From positions 1-55,693 of the IMG/VR virus record IMGVR_UViG_3300020371_000012: DNA of 55,693 bases; one strand, 5' to 3'. The stretch comes from a virus (lineage: Duplodnaviria > Caudoviricetes). The notes under the pieces were generated by a model. That model was not told where the DNA came from. It made no database searches and was given only the letters and a program-made list of their open reading frames with translations. Below, in pieces: positions 36,601 to 43,500 of the stretch. Position 1 is the stretch's first letter. Each line of letters starts with the position of its first letter. The position numbers and the translations under genes were made by a program.

Positions 36601-38208
36601 GATATGTTAACTGTAGACCCATCTAATACAGGTGGATTTGGCAAAAATCTTACTTTGTCTATTCCAAATGAAGTCGGTATTATTAGTGCCTTCAATACAT
36701 TAATCGTAGATAAAGTACAGGGTATTCCAAACCTTGATGCATCTTCCGCAGTTGTATTTACAACTGGAGCTGGATCTACATCAATTATATCTGGAGCTTC
36801 TATTGGGTTTATTAATAATATTAGTGATGGTTTGACCTTCATGGTTAAACATAGTAGTCATGGAATGTATAGTACACAAGATATGGTTATACTTTCTAAT
36901 ATTGAAAGTGATGTAAAACCAGAGAAGTTAACTGCTGCGTATGATTCTTCATCCACAGATAATATTTCTGTTACTAACGTTGGAATCTATACTAGTTTTG
37001 AAAATGTACCTGTGGATTCTAACAACCCTGGATATTTGAAACTTGGTGATGAGATTATCAAGTATACTGGAGTTACCACAACTTCTAGTGCAATCACTGG
37101 TATCACTAGAGCATTAGATGATACTATTGCTGGAGAATACTCTGTAGACGATCTCCTATTTAAGTATGAATTGAATGGTGTTTCTTTGAGAAGAATTAAT
37201 TGTCAACATTCTCTTGGCAATGTGAATCAAACCCAATATCCAATTGATGTTGATTCTTACTGGTTGAAAGTTGGTATTTCTAGTAGAGGAGTTGACAGAA
37301 GTGTAGGAAATTCTAATGGATTCCCAGAATTGCATTGGAATGAAACAAAGTCTGCTGGATCTTATATGGCAGATGGCGTAAACACTGGTTCTGGAAATGT
37401 TCCAAGAGCAACTCAGAACATTCCATTTAATTTACTGAGACCAAACTTCACCATCATGCAACCTGATGGCACTAGTGTTTCTGCTCAATGTAGAACATTC
37501 AGTGGTGATAGTCCAGATGGAAACCTAGGAGCATTTATTGATCAAGGATATCAGTCAATTTCGTTGGAAGGTAATAATGAATTTACTACACCTCGAATTG
37601 TTGCATCTAAGATTAATGAATTGACTAGACTGGAAAATTATCCTGGAAGAAAGTCATTCACAATTGAAGTTACTTTGGGTACTGAAGATGATTCGGTTGC
37701 TCCACAGATTGATTTGGATAGAGTATCTGCAGCTTTCGTTATGAACAGACTTAATAGTAAAGTTGTTAATTATGCAACGGATAAGAGAGTAAATTCTCTT
37801 GATAATGATCCAAATGCTGCAATTTACCTAACACAGGTTATCAATCTTGATAAAGCTGCTGATGGATTGAAAGTCATGTTTGATGCTTATAGACACGCCA
37901 CTAATGATATTAGAGTTCTTTATAGAGCATTACGTGTAGATGCTCCAGATGGAGATCAACAGTTCCAGCTGTTCCCTGGATATAATAATCTAGATAATGC
38001 TGGTGGAATTATTGATCCTTCTAAAAATGATGGTTTGCCTGATAAATTTGTTCCTCCTTCCGAAGGATATGATGATTTCAATCCATATGAATTCAATATA
38101 TCCAATATCCCACAGTTTAGTGCTTTCCAAATTAAGGTTTGTATGTCTGGAACCAACTATGCTTATGTTCCAAGACTGAAGGACTTCCGAGTTATTGCAA
38201 CGATTTAA
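30679..38208 (+). CDS. Large virion structural protein, DUF4815/VrlC-like
   Basis: NLNSSPYFDDF..NYQRVLFKPG.PIQSRELTTLQSILQNQIE, APGADRLKI, LARRTYDESGDY, DPLAQSF, GSLFKSQNGATW, PRLKDFRVIA. Confidence 0.85.
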   Translation: MPQNTNLNSSPYFDDFSESNNYQRVLFKPGLPIQSRELTTLQSILQNQIEKFGKHMFKEGSVVIPGQVAYDNEYTSVQIDESHLGLPVSLYLDFLKGKRIKGETSGVKAKIEECLTNSQSEKGNYTLYIKYEGASENDFSGTTFTDGENLIAEEDINYSLSSIRAGSTFATAIISNATAVGSAAKLANGVYFIRGFFVDVPDSTVILDQYDDEPSYRVGLNISEELVTASEEYNDLYDNARGFSNFAAPGADRLKISTTLIKKSLTDFNDENFIELIRIENGEIRKFSNPSPSNLVNDELARRTYDESGDYYVTPFSVDVKETLNDRIGNDGSYYSNQTTQQGNIPSDDLISVSIGPGKAYVRGYEIETLATSTLDISKPRTTGKVENESLPFTVGRLIEVDNVYGSPAVGVGTAGLLNLYKSRTVTPGTPSGLHIGVARLYDFRLRDGAYQNEGTTFRASLFDVQTFSYLTLNAKSSINVPGFVEGQNSGATGYVYSASDDETQLILYQVNGEFQKLEEILLNGQSINRSIIDIDDYGIQDVRQIVAAGGVAFTADTKLTNKIKFAEPGSEYTISGESAGVSTITSPNANFSAVSGISTGDVIAYSKVATSTPSYATVKAIGTNARSVIVEATTTVNNVNVGTLPTSEITASDVNKVTLEVLNSGNNSMYAEITEPNVASVDLNGSEIIFKKTYYITVSAGAYSATLESEAALTLEPFDSEDYNVTFDSTGTVESLTDQKLTVSGRTITLSQLSENGAATLTVTWKKRNPKAKNKIYRKAQTVTINRSNTNISGVGNTSANDGLTYSTIYGTRVQDKKISLGISDVARVQAIFESSSANNPQLPKIILVDLNASVTNALKGESIVGETSGASAIFVETNGTNEASFIYENENVFQPGESVVFQESNITANVQSFVAGDRDIKANFEFDPGQNEDYLDFSAIVRKNSANAPTKRLTVVFDHFVIENSDPGDLVSVNSYDPTLYGNTLPYVGDIGVSDIIDLRPRTVSIASTLSPFEYKSREFDPLTSSTTHVFSSGKTLNLSYEYYQGRIDKIFLTKDGVFNVSTGVPSDDPQSPNQIDNALEIATLDMAPYLYNIEDIDIQVAKHKRYQMKDIAELETRLTNVEYYTSLSLLETETSSLTIKDPTTNLDKFKSGFFVDNFRSKTGGGDIDNSQYRCSIDTAEGEARPEHYTTSIDLLLGSESIIGAATSASPAADYQFVEDLGDNNVVKKGDVVTLKYEDKRWLDNKFATRSENVNPFHVVNWIGVLELNPATDTWIDSRKIPSRTVTMEGSYDAIQGMVGGTDSNTGLSPVQWGAWETTWTGKQRIKGPVVLRKKKRVKGSMRKRRRRGSFVRGRGIPITTTKRWKQKITKIREVTTIKTGMRTREGIQYKVQEAFDSKSLGERVVSSDVAAVMRSRNIEFVCKRLKPNTRLYAFFDNIDMNAFIVPKLIEIEMISGTFAVGETVLGNGTNSTNKSIKFRLAQQNHKYGKYNSPSQTYKQNPYSTSNTLSSSYSSTTTVLNVDTASLQLQSASGFFGCLAKDMKLIGQSSGATAKVKDIRIVTDRAGVVIGSLFIPDPTQKSAQVFNTGSKTFTLTSSATNQTISGFTDSSAETTFTSSGTINNMQETTLRIRNATVERVPTSQSRRVTRRSKRLVAKVKFRNRKKVQTRWVDPLAQSFEVPDENGVYLTKCEIFFRTKDTSDLPVTLQVRELELGLPTQTILPFGEVVLDPDDVVTSDDGSKATTFTFESPVYCQGASQFALVLLSASNEYTVFISRMGEEDISTANSPDSEKIIVSQQPLLGSLFKSQNGATWDPSQFEDLKFNLYRAKFTTESGTVKFYNPDLDIGNKQIVTLSNNPLNMISKNTIIGLGKSLTSNEVSGLISGTTIGQENNPNFSAKLIRVLGAVGINSDLTLTNAGSDFASGTPTYTDVPLVSLTGRGSGAKATIVVGSGAVTSATVSAGGTGYSAGDMLTVDPSNTGGFGKNLTLSIPNEVGIISAFNTLIVDKVQGIPNLDASSAVVFTTGAGSTSIISGASIGFINNISDGLTFMVKHSSHGMYSTQDMVILSNIESDVKPEKLTAAYDSSSTDNISVTNVGIYTSFENVPVDSNNPGYLKLGDEIIKYTGVTTTSSAITGITRALDDTIAGEYSVDDLLFKYELNGVSLRRINCQHSLGNVNQTQYPIDVDSYWLKVGISSRGVDRSVGNSNGFPELHWNETKSAGSYMADGVNTGSGNVPRATQNIPFNLLRPNFTIMQPDGTSVSAQCRTFSGDSPDGNLGAFIDQGYQSISLEGNNEFTTPRIVASKINELTRLENYPGRKSFTIEVTLGTEDDSVAPQIDLDRVSAAFVMNRLNSKVVNYATDKRVNSLDNDPNAAIYLTQVINLDKAADGLKVMFDAYRHATNDIRVLYRALRVDAPDGDQQFQLFPGYNNLDNAGGIIDPSKNDGLPDKFVPPSEGYDDFNPYEFNISNIPQFSAFQIKVCMSGTNYAYVPRLKDFRVIATI

Positions 38209-38417
38209 TGGATTATTTAAAAGTTGAAAATAGTGGATCTCTTTACAGAGATCCCGATACTGGTGCGATTGTAAACCGCAGTGACAGTGAGTATGAGTCC
38301 TATTTGAAAAACAAAAGAATTGCGTCTCAAAAAGCGCAAGAAATTGATCAATTAAAGAACGACGTTAGTGAACTTAAGGACATGATGAAACTCGTTCTAG
38401 AAAAATTGGATAAATAA
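38208..38417 (+). CDS. Small coiled-coil structural or assembly protein
   Basis: TAATG overlap; MDYLKVENSGSLYRDPDTGAIVN...EIDQLKNDVSELKDMMKLVL. Confidence 0.8.
   Translation: MDYLKVENSGSLYRDPDTGAIVNRSDSEYESYLKNKRIASQKAQEIDQLKNDVSELKDMMKLVLEKLDK
38409..38416 (+). promoter_or_regulatory. Late promoter variant
   Basis: GATAAATA upstream of ATG 38440. Confidence 0.6.
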
Positions 38418-38439
38418 TTAAAATCTCCCTTTTTGTGTA

Positions 38440-38772
38440 ATGGCAGCTAGAAATGTCAATTTAGTCATTGAACAAAACGTTGATTTTGAAGCAACCTTCA
38501 CTATTAGAAATGCGAATAATTCGCCATTGAATTTGACGGGGTATTCTGCTCTTGCTAAGATTAGAAAACACCCAGATGCAACAAAATACACGGATTTTGT
38601 TATTTCTTTTCCGAATAGGATCAATGGAGTTGTAAAAGTTGCTCTTGCAGTAACTTCTACTGCTACTTTGGAGGGAGGAAGATATGTGTATGATCTGGTG
38701 CTCGTTTCTCCAAACAATTATAAGACTAGACCTATCGCAGGAAATGTTTTAGTGTTGCCTGGAGTATCATGA
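38440..38772 (+). CDS. Small virion protein (Ig-like or BppU-like)
   Basis: NLVIEQ..DF, LNLTGYSA.AKIRKH, TATLEGGRYVYD motifs. Confidence 0.75.
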   Translation: MAARNVNLVIEQNVDFEATFTIRNANNSPLNLTGYSALAKIRKHPDATKYTDFVISFPNRINGVVKVALAVTSTATLEGGRYVYDLVLVSPNNYKTRPIAGNVLVLPGVS

Positions 38773-39446
38773 CTGATTACCTAGTTAATTTAAATAGTTC
38801 TGGATCATATTCTGTTGGTGTTGACTACGAAATTCCATCGAAGTCAACTCAGAATACTAACCTAATCATTGATGACATTAATGGTCAATTCAATGGCATT
38901 GGAGTTACATTTTCGTTAAATAGTGGTGGCGATTCATATAGTCCATTAAATGACCAGCAATTGATTGTTTGTAAAAACAATCTGGTCATGGAACCTGGAG
39001 AAGATTTTACTATTGCTGGTGATCAGCTCATTTTCTCAGTTCCACCAATTGCTGGAGATGATGTGTTCATCATCGCTCTTGCAACAACAGCGGATCTAAC
39101 AAGATCTGTTAATTTTGTTATTGATAGTGGATCTCAAGCTATTTCCCCAGGAAGTAAAGGCAAAGTAACTGTCGATGTTTCTGGAACAATTGAGTCTATT
39201 AAAGTATTGAGTGATCAAACTGGAGATATTGTCTTAGAAGTTTCAAAATCCAATTTCCAAGACTTCCCTACGTTCACAACAATCACCAATAACCAAAGAG
39301 TTCAACTACAGTCCCAAAATAAGTACATTGATGATGTACTAAATAACTGGGATAAGACAATAGTTGCTGGTGATATTTTGGATTTCTCAGTAGTCAGTTC
39401 AACAAACATGCGAAGACTGCTGATCTCTTTAAAATTAAAATTATAA
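38769..39446 (+). CDS. Putative virion structural protein (225 aa)
   Basis: IDDINGQFNG...F.L...QQLIV..NN..MEPGEDF module, also seen in the giant proteins. Confidence 0.75.
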   Translation: MTDYLVNLNSSGSYSVGVDYEIPSKSTQNTNLIIDDINGQFNGIGVTFSLNSGGDSYSPLNDQQLIVCKNNLVMEPGEDFTIAGDQLIFSVPPIAGDDVFIIALATTADLTRSVNFVIDSGSQAISPGSKGKVTVDVSGTIESIKVLSDQTGDIVLEVSKSNFQDFPTFTTITNNQRVQLQSQNKYIDDVLNNWDKTIVAGDILDFSVVSSTNMRRLLISLKLKL

Positions 39447-39449
39447 ATA
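39442..39449 (+). promoter_or_regulatory. T4-type late promoter
   Basis: TATAAATA upstream of ATG 39492. Confidence 0.75.
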
Positions 39450-39491
39450 AGTATAGTTCTTAAAGTCTAACCCTTACGAGGAGTTGTTTCG

Positions 39492-40499
39492 ATGGCATTA
39501 CTAGTTCCCAATATTGGTGAAATTGAGTCTCTCCGTTATCTGATTGCTCAGAATAACTTCGTTGCAGACCTAGAGGATACCTCACCAAGGAATCTCGTAC
39601 TCAAACTGTTTACGAGTAACACCACACCCGCTGAAGGTGATGTACCTTCCCAAACTGCGTATTTCGAGCCTTATATTGATGGTAACGTCAATGGTTACGG
39701 AACTACCGCAAACACTGGTTATCCTAATTGCGTGGATAACAGAGTCGATCAGGATTATACCGCACAGTATGGCATTCTCCTAAATGGATCTCGTTGGGTT
39801 ATTAAGAACGTTGGTAGTGGTACAACCGCAACCTATCCCGAACAGACTTTCACCTTCACTGGACCTGCTGGTAACATCTATGGTTACTATGTAACCAGAG
39901 CAAACAACATGCCGATTTCGGTACAGGGTGTGCTCCACGGTGCTAGTGTCGGTATCGGAACAACCGTCACAAAGGGTAACAACACTGATCCATGTATTGG
40001 AGTTGTTGGTAACAGATATTTCACTGTTGACCCACAGGTCTCCATCAACGATCTGACTCTTGGACAGTATGTTGCTGGTAACGCAGGTGTTCAGACTGGA
40101 ACGCGAATTATCGGTATTGACCGAGCGTTGCAAGTCGTCTATCTAGACAAACCTCTGGTTGATAACATTCAGGTCGCAACTGACCCATCTGTTACATTCA
40201 GTTTTGGTAAGATTGCTATCACAGACCACGGTCTTAAGAGAGGAGATATCCTTTACGTTGCTGCTGGTGCAGGTAACACAACTCTTGAATCGAATGTTTA
40301 TACCGTCTTCGACGTACCAAACAACGATGAGTTTGTAACCACACCTTCTCTAACTGCAACATCTAACGGTGTTCTTGGTCTGAATACTGCGACCCTCTAC
40401 TCCAGCATCATGTACGCTGAGAGATTTACGAACGGTCCATACAACATTCAGAACAACGGTGACCAAATTAAGATCACCCTGAACGTCGCACTTGACTGA
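39492..40499 (+). CDS. Putative highly expressed virion protein (335 aa)
   Basis: GAGGAG RBS and C-ending codon bias; MALLVPNIGE, LVLKLFTSNTTP, YAERF..GPYNIQNNGDQIKIT. Confidence 0.8.
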   Translation: MALLVPNIGEIESLRYLIAQNNFVADLEDTSPRNLVLKLFTSNTTPAEGDVPSQTAYFEPYIDGNVNGYGTTANTGYPNCVDNRVDQDYTAQYGILLNGSRWVIKNVGSGTTATYPEQTFTFTGPAGNIYGYYVTRANNMPISVQGVLHGASVGIGTTVTKGNNTDPCIGVVGNRYFTVDPQVSINDLTLGQYVAGNAGVQTGTRIIGIDRALQVVYLDKPLVDNIQVATDPSVTFSFGKIAITDHGLKRGDILYVAAGAGNTTLESNVYTVFDVPNNDEFVTTPSLTATSNGVLGLNTATLYSSIMYAERFTNGPYNIQNNGDQIKITLNVALD

Positions 40500-40530
40500 T
40501 ACATATATACAATAGAATATTCGTCATGGT

Positions 40531-40564
40531 GGGGATTGCTTTATAATTGGGCAATCCCTTTTTT
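40531..40564 (+). terminator. Intrinsic terminator
   Basis: GGGGATTGCT-loop-GGCAATCCCT followed by TTTTT. Confidence 0.8.
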
Positions 40565-40587
40565 CATCTAATGAATAGAACTAAACT

Positions 40588-43500
40588 ATGGCCGTTTATG
40601 TCTACGATGAAAATAAGGTAGATGTATTCGTTGCGGAAGATGCAGGTTCGGTAACCGCTTCTGCGACGATAACGGCTGACTATGGCAACATTTCAGACAC
40701 CGCTGACGATGATCGCGGTGCAGACAATTTTAATCCTTGGTATTTTGGTCTAATTACAGACCTTGCTGATGTTCTACCATTTGGCAAGTTGGACGTTGGT
40801 GGAGAAGCAGAACCACTAATTGCTCCACAAGTTCCTGGTGGTGGACTATTCCGTATAGAAGATATTGCAGAAGTATCGTATGTAACCCCCTGGAGAGGGT
40901 CTGGAACCCTCTTCGAGATTGGTGGCGGTCTGGAGAGACTGGTCATCCCAGATTTGGGTGCCGCAGGACCATCTCCGTCCATTTACGGACAAGCCCACGA
41001 ATCCAACACATTCGTTGAAATCGGATCTGGTACACTCGCTCAACTCTCTGACGAAGGAGCGACAGCCAAGTTTAACAGGTATCCCTGGGACGCTTCAGGT
41101 ACTCTTACCCTCAGTGGATACAATTCCACCAGATTTCCAGATGATTTCATTGCGGTCATCAAAAATGTCGCGAAAGTCAAGGGCAAGGCTCATGATCGCG
41201 TCATCTTTGACTATAGTCTGGATCCAGATACTAAGTTTGACGCTGAAAACTACGGATTCGTATTTAATACAGCAGGAGGCAAGTTCTCCGATACTGAAGA
41301 TCTAACCTTTGATAGAATCATCACTAAGAACAAGGATAGATCCTTCAGTGATGATGATCAACTTGCATACGAAGATTACGGTGATATTACCGTATCTACT
41401 CAAGAAAAAGTCCTCCCAGTTGATATTCTGCCAGATGATCTGGCCAACTATGAGGTCTCTTACAGTAGAACATCCATCCTAGACAGTGGTTCTGGAACTG
41501 GTGCTACTGGTGGATTTAACATCGGAAGACATGTTAAGTTCGGTAATGCTGGTGGAGCTAGACAGTTCTATTGGAGATTTGACACTACAGATTCAGAATA
41601 CATCAAATTCACTGCCATTAGAGGTAATGATGTTAATGGTGGTGAAGATCCAGACACTGCTCAGGAAAGTCTATATCTTGATAGATGGACTGGAAGTAGT
41701 TGGATAAGAATTGATACGGTCATTGCATTTAATGACACTTCTTTCAATTCTCTCAAAGAAGTATCTATTCCTCTTACTCCAGCAAACAGAGGAAATTACT
41801 TCTATAGACTTAGACAAGATAATTCAAGTAACAGTGCTCAGTGGGATCATTACGGTATTACTAGTATTACCTATGATCTCAGACAAACCTTCCCAATTGA
41901 TACCGAAGATGGTGGATTCATTGAGAGGAAACTGGGTGGTGGACTCTTTATGCACGATTACCAGGCAACTGGTATCAGGGCTCAAGAGGCAATTCCATTT
42001 GCATATCTTGGTCTTGGATCTCTATTCTCTCTTGGAGAACTCGATCCAGAGAAAGATGTCGATCAGGTATTTGCATATGCAGGTTCTGGTGGATTCAATG
42101 TTACTGGAGAGAACTTCTTCAGTCAGGCTCCACAGAGTACAATCTTCGGTGAAGAAGGCGAATTCTCCTTCGGTGGATCTGCTACAGAAGCATTTGTACC
42201 TGCAACTGTTGATAATACTGTACTGTTCAATCAGGTTGGATCTGCTGATGATAAGGTCATCTGGCAGGCTGGTGAACGTAAGGTTACCATCAGACCAATT
42301 GGATTTGGTTCTGTACTTCTTTCCGATACTCCACCAACGAATACGGCAACTCTATCCGTATCTGGTGCTGCAACAAATATCGAAAGAACATTTGCGGATG
42401 GCAATGTAAATCTATTCGATATCGGTGGAGATGCTGGCAATCCACTGGATTCGAGATTTACTCCACACTTCAGATCTGCTAGAGGAGACATTATCCTCCC
42501 AGATGAAGATTGGGGTCTCATTACCAACTCGGCTACTGAGTTTGAAGATTGGGGTTATATCAGAGAAGTTGCAACCACTTCTCTCGTATTTGGAGATATT
42601 CTTTCTCCATTCAATTATATTCAAATTGGTGGTCAACATTATCCAAGTACAGATACATTCTCTGTTGGGGAGTCGTCTCTCACCAAACAGACACTTGGAT
42701 TTACAGGTATTGCAACCTTCAGACTATCCGAAGATTCCAGTCAGGAAAGAACATTCGATTACGAATCTTCAGGTATTACTGGTATTGCTACCTACAAGGC
42801 TGGTATCAATATCTTTGGTTACAACTGGTTCAGTCAGGCTCCACAGAGTACAGTATTCGGCCTTGAAGGAGAACTTACTCTTAGTGGTTCTGCAGGTGAG
42901 TCGATCACTCCATTCATTGAACCTCAAGGAACTGATGGTAACTTCAGATTCCTCACTGGATCTGCCGAAATTGTTCGTGATTCGATCACAAGAGCAGTTG
43001 CACCTGAACTACTTGGTGATGTTTATATTGGTGGAACTGCTGATATTGGATTCAGTCCTGCTGTCACTGGTGTTGGTATTGCCACACTCCGTACAGGTAG
43101 AGAAGAATTCCAGACATATCTCAGAATCATTGATCCTGATATGGATCTGGTCCTCACCACAATTGGCGGTGGACTTATCAATGAGGACTTTGTTAAGAGC
43201 TACAATGAGTCTTCCATCTACTATGGTCCTCAGGATGAGGATTATGGATCAATTCTCAGTGCAGCTGCATATGGGATGGGTCTCAACTTCTCTGGTACTG
43301 CATCTAATGTCGAAACCTTTGATGATGAGACTAATACTTATGACCAAGATGTACTCTTCAGTAACAACGGTCTAACTTACGACCAGAGCACTGGCGGAAA
43401 CACTGTTCTCCCAAGTTTCGACAAAACAGATTCGTTCCCTGTCAACTTCTCAACTACTGTTGTATCTGAAGATCTTGGTAGTATCAACGAAGGTATTCCA

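Noticed and set aside
11050-38717. Many 60-210-aa alternative-frame and antisense ORFs within baseplate genes
   Set aside because: These are expected shadows of long biased genes, with no independent signals.
39469-39485. Small UACG-loop hairpin overlapping the RBS of 39492
   Set aside because: The core stem is only 3 bp, too weak to support a regulatory claim.
40919-43375. +1-frame ORFs of 128, 73, 232 and 316 aa inside the 1709-aa gene
   Set aside because: They are explained by scarce NTA/NTG codons before purines, and the -1 frame here has normal stop density.
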